Assembly (NCBI GenBank): GCA_963836345.1
Contig: CAWIJA010000007.1
Location: 43,092 to 107,091, forward strand
Source of the DNA: an uncultured Actinomycetes bacterium
GTDB taxonomy: Bacteria > Actinomycetota > Thermoleophilia > Gaiellales > Gaiellaceae
Length of the DNA stretch: 64,000 nucleotides
Direction of reading: 5' to 3'
Shown here: piece after piece, positions 11,101 to 20,454 of the stretch
Numbering within the stretch: position 1 is the first letter of the stretch
Layout of the letters: each line of letters opens with the position of its first letter
The notes under the pieces: model-generated
What the model was told of the DNA's origin: nothing
The model's input: the letters and a program-made list of their open reading frames with translations, nothing else
The model's database searches: none
Position numbers and translations under genes: made by a program

Positions 11101-11646
11101 GTTGACGAGGTCGCCGGCGACCATGCCCTGGCCGTCCGCGCCGAGCGTTACAGCCGCCTCGCCCGTGAGGACTCCGGCTCGCGCCCGCAGGTCGGGGTCG
11201 AGCAAGGGAACCGTGGCGACGAGATCGAGAGCCGCCCGAACGGCTCGTTCCGCGTCGTCCTCGTTCGCCGCCGGAGCGCCCCACACGGCCATGACCGCGT
11301 CGCCGATGAACTTCTCGACCGTTCCGCCGTAGCGGTCGATCAGCTGCTTGCAGCGCTCGAAGTAGCCGGACAGGAGCTCCCTGACCTCCTCCGAGTCACG
11401 AGACTCCGACAGCGTCGTGAAGCCGACGAGATCGGCGAAGAGAACCGAGACGAGCCGGCGCTCCGAGATGGGAGCCACGGGCGGCGCATGGTTACCGCCG
11501 AGCTGCGCGCCGCACTCGCCGCAGAACTTCTGCCCGGGGGCGTTCTGGGTGCCACATGCAGAGCAGCGAAGAGAGAGCACGGCGCCGCACTCGCCGCAGA
11601 ACTTCTGCCCGGGCGGGTTCTGCTTCCCGCACGCGGGGCAGTTCAT
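8142..11646 (-). pseudogene. double zinc-ribbon / class III adenylate cyclase / AAA NTPase / TPR protein, paralogue 2, split by a 1-nt indel
   Basis: N-terminal part is track ORF 10186..11688, with the real ATG at 11646 (MNCPACGKQNPPGQKFCGECG...). C-terminal part is ORF 8142..10238. The junction ...SLYLEPLSRA / AMEELLSGLVPGLP aligns with the intact paralogue only after a frame change at about 10239-10250. The stop overlaps the paralogue 1 start (ATGA). Confidence 0.7.
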
Positions 11647-14600
11647 GCCAGAACCTCCGCCCCGATTCGCGCTACCCGTTCGAGCCACGGCGTCGCCTCG
11701 AGCCGCTCGAAGATCTCGCGTGCCTCAGCGAGCGGACGCTCTGCCGCCGGGCCGCCACCCAGAGCCTCGACGTGCTCGAGCAGGGTGACGGCGAGCCAGA
11801 ACGGAACGGCGAGCGCGCGGAAACGAGCCGCCGCAGCCGCCAGACCCGGCGCGTCGCCGGCAAGACGCGCGCGGAGGCGGAGAGCGTGGATCTCCAGGTA
11901 GGGCGGCCGCACCCCAGGCGTGAGGCCGTCGACGAAGGCCAGGAGCTCGTCGGCCCTCGCCGTGTCTCCGAGCGCGAGCGCAGCCTCGAGGGCATCGACG
12001 ACGCCGTGCTTGACCCCCTGGAAGGCAGGACCGAGGATCGCCGCGGTCTCGATCGTGGCCGCGCCGGCCTCGAGCGCCTCCTCGAGACGACCCTCGGCCC
12101 GCCGGAGCGCCGCCGTCACCGCCAGATGGGTGCTCCGGTCCTGGACGTCCGTGGAAGCCTCGAGCCGCGCGAACCGAGAGAAGAGCTGGCGGGCGTCGTC
12201 CAGCTCTCCCCGCTGGCAATGGATCTCGACCCCGGCCTGAAGGAGGCTGAGGACGACGCCCCCGGAGTTGAACTGCTCCTCGGTGAACTCGTTCTGGGTG
12301 GCGAGGACCTCGTCCCAGCGCCCGAGCATCAGCAGCGGGTAGCAGCGCTCCGCGAGCGTCGCCCACTCGTAGCGCCGGTTGCCGGTCCGGCGGTCGAACG
12401 TGAGCCCTTCGTCGAGATAGCCGAGGGCGTCCGCGTACCGGTCGAGCCGGAAACAACGGTCGGAGAGGATGAAGTAGCAGGTGCTGACATCCTCGGCGAG
12501 GTCGTGCTCCAGCGCGACCTCGAGCGAGTGCTTGAGCAGCGCGAAGGCCTCTTCGGAGCGGCGCCTGCTCGCGAGCACCGCCGACTTCGCCCGCAGGCCG
12601 ACCGATAGCGGCTTCGGCAGCCCCTGGGCCTCCGCGATCTCGAGCGCGAGCTCCGCACGTTCGGTTGCGCGCTCCAGGTCGCCGCTGAACCAGTACGTGC
12701 GCGACAGCTGCGCCGCGAGCAGCGCGAGATCCTCGTCCGGCTCATCCGTCGCGATCACGTCGAAGGCCCGCTCCATGCGTTCGAGCGCCTCGTCGCGGTG
12801 CGCCGTGAAGCTGAGCACATTCGCGAACCGGCCTGAGATGCGCGCGGCTGCATGCGTGTCGCCCTCGGCCTCGTAGATCGAGATCGAGCGCTCGAGCAGT
12901 TGGCGAGTCGCCTCCGGGTTTGCGGCCCGGCCGGCCATCTCACCCGCCCGTCCGAGCAGCTCCGCCTGCTCGAGCGGCTCGGCGGAAAGCTCTGCGCTCT
13001 GCTCGAAGTAGCGTTGCGCCTCCTCGGCCGCGCCGAGGGACGCGGCACGCTCGGCGGCACGCGTGAGCGCCGCACGCGCCTTCCCTTTGATCTCAGACCC
13101 GTCCGCGGCATCGGGATCAGCCTCGTAAGCGTCGAGGTAGTGGGACGCGACGACCTCGACGACCTCGTGCTCCCCCCACGCCTCCTGGAGATGAGAGGCG
13201 GCGGCGAGGTGCTTGACCTTTCGGTCGCGCTTCGCGAGCGTCTCGTACGCGACGCGACGAAGGAGATCCTGGAGGAACCCGTATTGACCGTGCTCGGGCG
13301 AGCGGGGGTCTGCCTGGACGCCGAAGAATTCCTTGCGCGTGAGCGAGACCAGGATCGGATCGAGCTCTTCCTCGGAGTGACCCGAGACCGCGGCGAGCGA
13401 CTGCTTCGTGAACGTCTTGCCGAGAACGGCGCCGTCCTGCAGAACGCGCCGCTCTTCCGGCGTCAAGCCGTCGAGGCGGGCGGCGATCAACGCGTGCAGC
13501 GTCTCCGGAACCTCGAGGGCCTCGACCGTGCCGGTCGGATGGTAGACCGCTCCCTCCTGCACCAGCGCACCTCGGTCGAGGAGCATGCGGACGGTCTCGA
13601 CGGCGTAGAGCGGGATACCCTCCGCGCGATCGAGAATCTGGCGGCGGAGCGCCTCCGGCAGTCCCGGGACGAGACCCCCGAGCAGCTCCTCCATCGCAGG
13701 TTCCGCCAGCGGTTCGAGATAGATGGACGTGAAATTCCTGCTCGAAGCTCCCCAGGTGGGCCGCCGTTCCTGGAGCTCGGGCCGCGCGAGGGTGACCACG
13801 AACAACGGCGAGCTCCGCGACCACTCGAGCAGGTAGTCGATGAAGTCGAGCAGCGAGGCATCCGCCCACTGCATGTCCTCGAACACCATCACCGTCGGGT
13901 ACACGTCGGCGAGACGCTCGAAGAACAGGCGCCAGGCGGCGAACAGGTCGTCTCGCTCGAAACGCGTGCTCTCCTCGAGACCGAGCAGATGGCGTAGCCG
14001 TGGCTCGACGAAGCCGCGCTCCTCCTCGTCCGTCACGTGCTGCTCGACGATTTCGGCGATCTTGGCGAGGGCCGAGGCGGGCTCCTCGTCCTCGGCGATC
14101 CTGGCTCGCATCCGCACCATGTCCGCCAGCGCCCAGTACGTGACGCCGTCGCCGTACGAGAGGCAACGGCCTCGGTGCCAGTACGTGATCTGGGCGATGC
14201 CGTCGAAGTACTTGTAGAACTCCCATGCCAGCCGCGACTTGCCGATGCCCGCGATCCCCATGATCGAGACCAGCTGCGGCTTCCGGTCGTCCGAGCACGC
14301 ATGGAAGAGGTCCTTGATGCGGCGAAGCTCGCCGTCACGGCCCACGAACGGTGCTTCGAGGCCTGTCGACTTCAATGCACCCCGCGCGCCCGAGACCACG
14401 CGCAGCGCTCGCCAGAGCGGAACCAGGCCGACCTTTCCCTTCAGCTCGTGCGAGCCCGCGTCGGCGTAGACGATCGTCTTGTCGGTGGCGCGCTTCGTCG
14501 CCTCGCCGACGAGCACCGAGCCGGGCTCTGCCAGGGACTGGATTCGGGAGGCCGTGTTGACCAGATCGCCGGCGACCATGCCTTGCCCTTCCGCGCCGAG

Positions 14601-15119
14601 CGTCACCGCAGCCTCGCCCGTGAGGACGCCGGCCCGGGCACGAAGCTCGGGAGCGCCGACTCCGTCTCCGAGGGCGGCGATCGCCGCGACGAGATCGAGC
14701 GCGGCTCGGACGGCGCGCTCGGAGTCGTCCTCCGTCGCAACCGGAGTTCCCCAGACCGCCATCACCGCGTCCCCGATGAACTTCTCGACCGTCCCGCCGT
14801 AGAGCTCGATCAGCCGACGGCACGTGTCGAAATAGCGGGTGAGGAGCTCGCGCGTGTCCTCGGCATCCTGGGTCTCGGACAGGCTGGTGAACCCGACCAG
14901 ATCGGCGAACAACACCGAGACAAGCTTTCGTTCTGCCGCCGGAGGCGGCGGCGCAGGTTCCGTCTCGCTCTCGAGAGGCGATCCGCACTCGCCACAGAAC
15001 TTGACGCCGGTCGTGTTCGGAGAGCCACAAGCCGGGCAGACGAGCGCGAGCGAGCCGCCGCATTCGCCGCAGTACTTCCGACTGTCGTCGTTGTCCGTTC
15101 CACACGCGGGGCAGCGCAT
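11643..15119 (-). CDS. double zinc-ribbon / class III adenylate cyclase / AAA NTPase / TPR protein, paralogue 3 (intact, 1158 aa)
   Basis: MRCPACGTDNDDSRKYCGECG...CPACGSPNTTGVKFCGECG; FADLVGFT, KFIGDAVMAVWG, GDLVNTASRIQ; Walker A GIAGIGKS; long TPR-like helical region; tail REIFERLEATPWLERV. The stop overlaps the paralogue 2 start (ATGA). Confidence 0.85.
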   Translation of the reverse strand: MRCPACGTDNDDSRKYCGECGGSLALVCPACGSPNTTGVKFCGECGSPLESETEPAPPPPAAERKLVSVLFADLVGFTSLSETQDAEDTRELLTRYFDTCRRLIELYGGTVEKFIGDAVMAVWGTPVATEDDSERAVRAALDLVAAIAALGDGVGAPELRARAGVLTGEAAVTLGAEGQGMVAGDLVNTASRIQSLAEPGSVLVGEATKRATDKTIVYADAGSHELKGKVGLVPLWRALRVVSGARGALKSTGLEAPFVGRDGELRRIKDLFHACSDDRKPQLVSIMGIAGIGKSRLAWEFYKYFDGIAQITYWHRGRCLSYGDGVTYWALADMVRMRARIAEDEEPASALAKIAEIVEQHVTDEEERGFVEPRLRHLLGLEESTRFERDDLFAAWRLFFERLADVYPTVMVFEDMQWADASLLDFIDYLLEWSRSSPLFVVTLARPELQERRPTWGASSRNFTSIYLEPLAEPAMEELLGGLVPGLPEALRRQILDRAEGIPLYAVETVRMLLDRGALVQEGAVYHPTGTVEALEVPETLHALIAARLDGLTPEERRVLQDGAVLGKTFTKQSLAAVSGHSEEELDPILVSLTRKEFFGVQADPRSPEHGQYGFLQDLLRRVAYETLAKRDRKVKHLAAASHLQEAWGEHEVVEVVASHYLDAYEADPDAADGSEIKGKARAALTRAAERAASLGAAEEAQRYFEQSAELSAEPLEQAELLGRAGEMAGRAANPEATRQLLERSISIYEAEGDTHAAARISGRFANVLSFTAHRDEALERMERAFDVIATDEPDEDLALLAAQLSRTYWFSGDLERATERAELALEIAEAQGLPKPLSVGLRAKSAVLASRRRSEEAFALLKHSLEVALEHDLAEDVSTCYFILSDRCFRLDRYADALGYLDEGLTFDRRTGNRRYEWATLAERCYPLLMLGRWDEVLATQNEFTEEQFNSGGVVLSLLQAGVEIHCQRGELDDARQLFSRFARLEASTDVQDRSTHLAVTAALRRAEGRLEEALEAGAATIETAAILGPAFQGVKHGVVDALEAALALGDTARADELLAFVDGLTPGVRPPYLEIHALRLRARLAGDAPGLAAAAARFRALAVPFWLAVTLLEHVEALGGGPAAERPLAEAREIFERLEATPWLERVARIGAEVLA

Positions 15120-15150
15120 CGGACCCGAAAGCGTAGAACCTGACGGAGAA

Positions 15151-15606
15151 CTAATAAAGCTCGGCGCGCATTACCCAGGCGCCGGCGCGGTCGCCGACCT
15201 TGGTGAAGCCATGCTTCTCGTACAGGTGGATCGCCGGATTGTCCGGCTCGACGCTGAGGCTGACGCGCCGGTATCCCTCCGCCCGGGCCTGGTCGAGCAG
15301 CTCGCCGAGCATCTCCTCGCCGAGGCCCTTCCCCCGCCGGCTCGGCACGACGGCGATCGTCAGCTCGGGCGTCTCCTCGTCCACGAACCCGTAGCCGGGC
15401 TCGTCCTGCGGGAAGGTCCGGTACCAGGCGGCGCCGACGGGCTGGAATTCGTCGATCGCGACCACCGCCGTGTCCCCGGGCCGGCCCCACCCGGCGACGT
15501 ACCGCTCGAGCGGCACGTCGGCTTCGTTCCCCCAGCGGGCGTAGTACGCGTGCCGAAGCATGTCCCGGAGAAAAGGCAGATCCTGGGCGCCCGCGCGGCG
15601 GATCAC
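15151..15606 (-). CDS. GNAT family N-acetyltransferase
   Basis: Start placed at GTG 15606 (GAGGG 8 nt upstream), which avoids overlap with the VOC gene. Contains the acetyl-CoA motif VVPSRRGKGLGEEML and LYEKHGF. Confidence 0.75.
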   Translation of the reverse strand: MIRRAGAQDLPFLRDMLRHAYYARWGNEADVPLERYVAGWGRPGDTAVVAIDEFQPVGAAWYRTFPQDEPGYGFVDEETPELTIAVVPSRRGKGLGEEMLGELLDQARAEGYRRVSLSVEPDNPAIHLYEKHGFTKVGDRAGAWVMRAELY

Positions 15607-15619
15607 ATCGGCACCCTCG

Positions 15620-15943
15620 CTAGATCTCCTCGGTGAGCTGGATCCGGTTTCCATCCGGATCGAACACGTCCAGGATCCGCACTTCCCCGTGCAGCTCGAC
15701 GATCACGCCGACCTCGATCCCCGCTGCGCGCAGCCGGTCGGCCTCCGCGCGCACGTCGGGCACGTTGATCGACGCGACACCTCCCTCGTCGCCGCTCGAC
15801 TCCCAGAGCGCAATCTCCATGTCCTCGCGTCGGAGCCGAATCCACCGGCCCTCGTCGTCGGAGAACGTCTCCTCGAAGCCGAGGACGCCCGTGTAGAACG
15901 CACGCGCGGCATCGAGGTCGCGGACGCGGTACCAGACGTTCAC
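15620..15943 (-). CDS. VOC/glyoxalase family protein
   Basis: 107 aa: MNVWYRVRDLDAARAFYTGVLGFEE...VFDPDGNRIQL. 4-nt overlap with the E2 stop. Confidence 0.75.
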   Translation of the reverse strand: MNVWYRVRDLDAARAFYTGVLGFEETFSDDEGRWIRLRREDMEIALWESSGDEGGVASINVPDVRAEADRLRAAGIEVGVIVELHGEVRILDVFDPDGNRIQLTEEI

Positions 15944-17142
15944 AAGCTGAGGCCGGGCTCCTCGAGCGACTGCTTCACGGTCTCCAGGAAGGCCGCCGCC
16001 GGCGCACCGTCGACCGCGCGATGGTCGAACGTCCCGACGAGCGTCGCCATCGGCCGCACCGCGACCTCGCCCTCGACCGGCACGACGCGGTCCTCGATCG
16101 CGCCGACGGCGAGGATCGCCGCCTGGGGCGGGTTGAGCACGGCGGTGAAGCGCTCGACGCTGTACATGCCGAGATTCGAGATCGTGAAGGTCCCGTCTTC
16201 CAGGTCTTCCTGACGCAGCTTCGCATCGCGAGCGCGCGTGACCACGTCCGCGCGGGCGGCGGCGATCTCGGCCAGCCGGAGCCGCTCCGCACCGCGGATC
16301 ACGGGAACGACCAGCCCCTGCGGTGCGGCGACCGCGATCCCGACGTTCGCCGTCGGGTAGCGGAGAATCGCGTCGTCCACGTACCGCGCGTTCACCTCGG
16401 CGTGCCTGATGAGGGCCGTGGCGCAGACCTTCGTCAGGACGTCTGTGACGGTGACGCGGACGTCCGGATCGCGCTCGCGCAGCCGCGAGACCAGCTCGTT
16501 CACCCGCGACATGTCGACGGAGACCTGGAGCTGGAAGACCGGTATCTGCCAGGCGTCCGCGAGCCGGCGGGCGATCGTCCGGCGGATGCTGGTCAGCTCG
16601 ACCCGCTCCACCTCGCCGGGCGGCGGCGCAAGAGCCGGTGCGGCAGGCGGCGGGGAAACGGCCGCGCGCTCGACGTCCTCGGCGACGATCCGCCCCTCGG
16701 GCCCCGTCCCGGCGAGCGCCGCGAGATCGATCCCCCGCTCGCGGGCGATACGCCGGGCAAGGGGAGAAGCCTTCACACGGCCGCCGTTCGTCTGCACAGA
16801 GCTGACGGCCCGCTGACTCGGTTGCGCTGGCCGGGACTCCTCCATCTGCTCAGGAGCAACTTCCCTCTCCCCGTCCGAGGCGGCGGCCTCGGACGGAATC
16901 TCCTCACCAGGCGCCCCGATCACCGCCACCGTCCTGCCGACCGGGACCTCGCCTTCCGAGATGACGATCCTCAGGAGCACGCCGGCGACGTCGGCCTCCA
17001 CCTCCTGTGTCACCTTGTCCGTGTCGAGCTCGTAGAGCGGCTCGCCCTTGTCGACCTGCTCCCCCTCGGACTTCAGCCAGCGGACGATCGTGCCCGACTC
17101 CATCCCCTGGCCGAGCCGCGGCAGGATCACCGCGCTAGCCAC
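15940..17142 (-). CDS. dihydrolipoamide acyltransferase (E2) of a 2-oxoacid dehydrogenase complex
   Basis: Lipoyl domain (LYELDTDKVTQEVEA), subunit-binding domain (ASPLARRIARERGIDL) and catalytic domain (FDHRAVDGAPAAAFL). Confidence 0.9.
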   Translation of the reverse strand: MASAVILPRLGQGMESGTIVRWLKSEGEQVDKGEPLYELDTDKVTQEVEADVAGVLLRIVISEGEVPVGRTVAVIGAPGEEIPSEAAASDGEREVAPEQMEESRPAQPSQRAVSSVQTNGGRVKASPLARRIARERGIDLAALAGTGPEGRIVAEDVERAAVSPPPAAPALAPPPGEVERVELTSIRRTIARRLADAWQIPVFQLQVSVDMSRVNELVSRLRERDPDVRVTVTDVLTKVCATALIRHAEVNARYVDDAILRYPTANVGIAVAAPQGLVVPVIRGAERLRLAEIAAARADVVTRARDAKLRQEDLEDGTFTISNLGMYSVERFTAVLNPPQAAILAVGAIEDRVVPVEGEVAVRPMATLVGTFDHRAVDGAPAAAFLETVKQSLEEPGLSL

Positions 17143-18115
17143 GGCCGACCGTCCTTTGAATCGCCTCGAGCACGTCGGCCTTGTGCGGGACGACGAAGTT
17201 CTCCATCACGGGAGCGAACGGCACAGGTGCGAACTTGGCGCCGACCCGCTCGATCGGGGCGTCGAGCCAGTCGAACGCCTGGTACTGGATCACGGCCGCA
17301 ACCTCGGCCCCGAAACCGGCGCGGACGACCGCCTCGTGCGCGACGACGCAGCGGTTCGTCTTCTTCACAGAGTCGACCAGCGCCTGCTCGTCGAGCGGCT
17401 GCAGCGTCCGAGGGTCGACGACCTCGACCGAGATGCCCTCCTGCTCGGCGTCGACGGCCGCCGCCAGTGCCTCGTGGACGAGACGGCCAGTCGCGATCAC
17501 GGTCACGTCGTCGCCTTCGCGGTGCACACGCGCCTGCCCGAGCGGGATCGGCTCCAGCTCCTCGGAGACCTCCTCCTTGATCGGGTACAGCGTCCGGTGC
17601 TCGAAGAACATCACCGTGTTGTCGTCGTAGATCGACGACCAGAGCAGGCCCCTGACATCGCTGGGCGTCGAGGCGAAGACGACCTTCAGGCCCGGCACGT
17701 GGACGAACCACGCCTCCAGCTGCTGCGCGTGCTGCGCGCCCGGCGACCAGCCGGCACCGCCCTGCGTTCGCACCGTCAGCGGGACCTTCAGCTGCCCGCC
17801 CGACATGTACCGGTGCTTCGCCGCCTGGTTGACGATCTGCTCCATCGCCAGCGTGGTGAAGTCCTCGTACATGATCTCGACGACGGGGCGCATCCCCTGC
17901 ATCGCCGCGCCGATCCCGGCGCCGACGATCGCCATCTCCGAGATCGGCGTGTTCCGGACCCGCTCCGGTCCGAACTCGGCGAGCATCCCCTGCGTGACCC
18001 CCATCGACCCGCCCATCTCGGCGATGTCCTCGCCCATGATGAAGACGTCGTCGTCTGCCCGCATCGCCCGGGACAGGGCGTCGCGGACGGCTTCTCTGTA
18101 GGTCAGCTCGGCCAC
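17135..18115 (-). CDS. 2-oxoacid (pyruvate/branched-chain/acetoin type) dehydrogenase E1 beta subunit
   Basis: 326 aa: FIMGEDIAEMGGSMGVTQGMLAEFGPERVRNTPISEMAIVGAGIGAAMQGMRPVVEIM. GTG start overlaps the E1alpha stop (TAGTG). Confidence 0.9.
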   Translation of the reverse strand: MAELTYREAVRDALSRAMRADDDVFIMGEDIAEMGGSMGVTQGMLAEFGPERVRNTPISEMAIVGAGIGAAMQGMRPVVEIMYEDFTTLAMEQIVNQAAKHRYMSGGQLKVPLTVRTQGGAGWSPGAQHAQQLEAWFVHVPGLKVVFASTPSDVRGLLWSSIYDDNTVMFFEHRTLYPIKEEVSEELEPIPLGQARVHREGDDVTVIATGRLVHEALAAAVDAEQEGISVEVVDPRTLQPLDEQALVDSVKKTNRCVVAHEAVVRAGFGAEVAAVIQYQAFDWLDAPIERVGAKFAPVPFAPVMENFVVPHKADVLEAIQRTVGRG

Positions 18116-19089
18116 TACGCGTACACGTTCTTGAGAGCGTCTTCGGGCTTCGGATCGGTGCCGGACTTGGCGAAGGCCACCGACGCGTCCGCGATCTCGC
18201 GCGCCTCCTGGTCGAGCGCGTCGAACTCGTCGTCCGAGAGGCCCAGGCGCTCGCGCAGCTTCACGATCGGATCCTGCGTCTCGCGGAGCTCCTGCTGCTC
18301 ACCCTTCGGCCGGTAGACCTGAGGGTCGCCGACGTAGTGGCCGACGAGACGGTAGGTCTCACAGACCAGGAAGACGGGGCCCTTTCCGCTCCGGGCATAG
18401 TCGAGAGCGCGCTTCGCGGCCCGATGGACGGCCTCGACGTCCTGCCCGTCGACCTTGGCCGAGTGCATTCCGAACGCGACGGCGCGCTTCTCCAAGTCTT
18501 GAATCGGCAGCTGGTGCGTCGCCGGAGTCGACTCCGCGTAGTGGTTGTTCTCGAGCACGTACACGGCGGGCACCTTCCAGAGCTGCGCGAGGTTCAGCGA
18601 CTCGTGGAACGTGCCGATGTTCGTCGCCCCGTCGCCGAAGAACGCGACCGCCACGCGAGGCTCGCTACGCAGCTTGAACGCCAGAGCGGCTCCCGTGATC
18701 GCGGGTAGCCCGCCGCCCACGACAGCGTTCGCCCCGAGGTTCCCGCGCTCGACGTCGTACAGGTGCATCGAGCCCCCGTAGCCGTGGGAGCACCCCTCGA
18801 GCTTTCCGTACAGCTCCGCCATCACCTCGTTGGGGTGGGTTCCGCGCGCGAGCGTATGGCCGTGCGCGCGGTGGGTGGACGCGAACACGTCGCCGTCCTC
18901 CATCGCGTGGCAGACGCCGACGGCGACCGCCTCCTGGCCGATCGCGACGTGCAGGAAGCCGGGCAGCTCGCCGGCGCGGAAGCGCTCCTCGACCTTCTCT
19001 TCGAAGTGCCGGATCAGCAGCATCTCCCGCAGGAACTCGCGCAGCCGCTCCTGCGAGAGCGTCCCCCGCTTGCTCTCGACCTTTGCCAC
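18115..19089 (-). CDS. 2-oxoacid dehydrogenase E1 alpha subunit (TPP-dependent)
   Basis: Start trimmed to GTG 19089 (VAKVESKRGTLSQERLREFLREMLLIRHFEEK...). TPP motif GDGATNIGTFHESLNLAQLWKVPAVYVLENN. The upstream 105 aa of the track ORF look non-coding. Confidence 0.85.
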   Translation of the reverse strand: MAKVESKRGTLSQERLREFLREMLLIRHFEEKVEERFRAGELPGFLHVAIGQEAVAVGVCHAMEDGDVFASTHRAHGHTLARGTHPNEVMAELYGKLEGCSHGYGGSMHLYDVERGNLGANAVVGGGLPAITGAALAFKLRSEPRVAVAFFGDGATNIGTFHESLNLAQLWKVPAVYVLENNHYAESTPATHQLPIQDLEKRAVAFGMHSAKVDGQDVEAVHRAAKRALDYARSGKGPVFLVCETYRLVGHYVGDPQVYRPKGEQQELRETQDPIVKLRERLGLSDDEFDALDQEAREIADASVAFAKSGTDPKPEDALKNVYA

Positions 19090-19113
19090 GGGCACCAGTC
19101 TATGCTCCGGCTG

Positions 19114-19748
19114 ATGAGCCTCGTCGCACAGTGGGAGCGCATCCAGACGAGCCTCCCGCAGGATTGGGCCGAGGCGCGCCTGGCCCTCCGAACGGGCGTG
19201 CACACCGGGCGGGTCGCGGCGCTCCTCGGGCCGCTTGGACCGGGCCGTGCGGGCGACGAGTTCCGCTTCCACGCTGCTCGCCGCGGGACAGGCCCCTCGC
19301 CGGCTGCAGTGAGCCGGAGTCTCTCCCGCCTCGACGACGGCGGGATCTCGGGCCACCTCCGGCTGCTCGGCACCGAAGCCGCCTCCGAGGAGAAGGCCAC
19401 AGGGCAAACGACGCTCGCCGAGGCGTGGGATGCAGCCGTATCGGAGCTTCCCCCGACTGGAGCGACGTCTTTGCGGAGATCGAGCTGACCTCGAGCGACC
19501 ATCTCGAACCCGGCGCGCTCGCCCTCGCGCCGCTCAACCCGGCACGCTACGGCGACAGCTCGGGCTTACGCTTCCGGTGCGCCCGCCTGTTCGGTTACGG
19601 CGCCTCGCCGGGCATGGTCCGGCGCTGCCTCGAGCGGCTGGACGAGCGTGACATCCCGGGAGCGATCAGCATCGTGCGCGCGCTCTCGGACACGAAGCCG
19701 GTCGCAACCCAGGGGCCGGTTTGGTACATCGGCGGCAAGGTCGTGTAG
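19114..19748 (+). pseudogene. hypothetical protein, apparently one gene split by a 1-nt indel in a C5 run
   Basis: Frame 1 gives MSLVAQWERIQTSLPQDWAEARLAL...AWDAAVSELP. Frame 0 continues PDWSDVFAEIELTSSDHLEPGALALAPLNPARY...VWYIGGKVV. The switch falls at CCCCC 19450-19454. Alternatively two small genes. Confidence 0.4.
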
Positions 19749-20017
19749 TGGCCGACCCGGCCTCGTGGCTCGTGATCGAGCAAGGCTGGAAGGCGATCGC
19801 GGCCGACGGCAGCGAGGTCGGAACCGTCGAGGAGGCGATCGGAGAGCCGGAGCTCGACATCTTCGCCGGCCTGACGATCGCGACACGGCTGCTCGGCAAA
19901 CCCGTCTACGTGCCCGCCGAGCGGGTGGCCGAGATCCGGGTGGGGACCGTCTCGCTGGACCTCTCCCCCGACGAGGTCGGCCGCCTCGAGCCGTACGAGC
20001 CCCCGCGGCGACCCTAG
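19748..20017 (+). CDS. PRC-barrel-like small protein (DUF2171-like)
   Basis: GTG 19748 overlaps the upstream stop (TAGTG). VADPASWLVIEQGWKAIAADGSEVGTVEEAIGEPELDIFAGLTIA...VYVPAERVAEI. Confidence 0.5.
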   Translation: MADPASWLVIEQGWKAIAADGSEVGTVEEAIGEPELDIFAGLTIATRLLGKPVYVPAERVAEIRVGTVSLDLSPDEVGRLEPYEPPRRP

Positions 20018-20061
20018 GGCGCCCGCGTTTCCTCGGTCGACGCTGCGGTAAGGTCCAGCCC

Positions 20062-20454
20062 GTGCCCGGGGTGAAGCTGAACGGGGTTGGCTGGGCGGCG
20101 AAAGAGGTCGTCGAGCGCGCCCGATCGATTGCGAAGCTCGAGGTCGAGCTCGCTCTGCTGGAGATCAAGCGCAAGGTCGTCCGGATCGCGGTCGGGATCG
20201 GGCTCGGCGCCGGTGCCGTCGTCTTCGCCGTGTTCGGCATCGGCTTCCTGCTGGCGGGTGCTGCTGCGGCGATCGCTCTCGCCCTGCCGGTGTGGGCTGC
20301 GCTTCTGATCGTCGGCGGCGCCTTGCTCGCGACCGCGGTCGTCCTCGTCGCGCTCGCGGTCGGATCCTTGCGACAGGGCACCCCGCCGGTCCCTGAGGAA
20401 GCGATCGAAGAGGCGCGACGGACAACCGAGGTGCTGAGGAGCAATGGGACCTAG
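20062..20454 (+). CDS. phage-holin-family (actinobacterial Holin-X-like) membrane protein
   Basis: Amphipathic N-terminus (ARSIAKLEVELALLEIKRK) followed by two long Gly/Ala-rich TM helices. Start GTG 20062 or 20071. Confidence 0.55.
   Translation: MPGVKLNGVGWAAKEVVERARSIAKLEVELALLEIKRKVVRIAVGIGLGAGAVVFAVFGIGFLLAGAAAAIALALPVWAALLIVGGALLATAVVLVALAVGSLRQGTPPVPEEAIEEARRTTEVLRSNGT

Noticed and set aside
19090-19407. N-terminal extension of the E1alpha ORF (track start 19407).
   Set aside because: The extension is junk-like (MPCGLLLGGGFGAEQPEVARDP...) and overlaps the divergent gene. E1alpha homology begins near VAKVESKRGTLSQERL.
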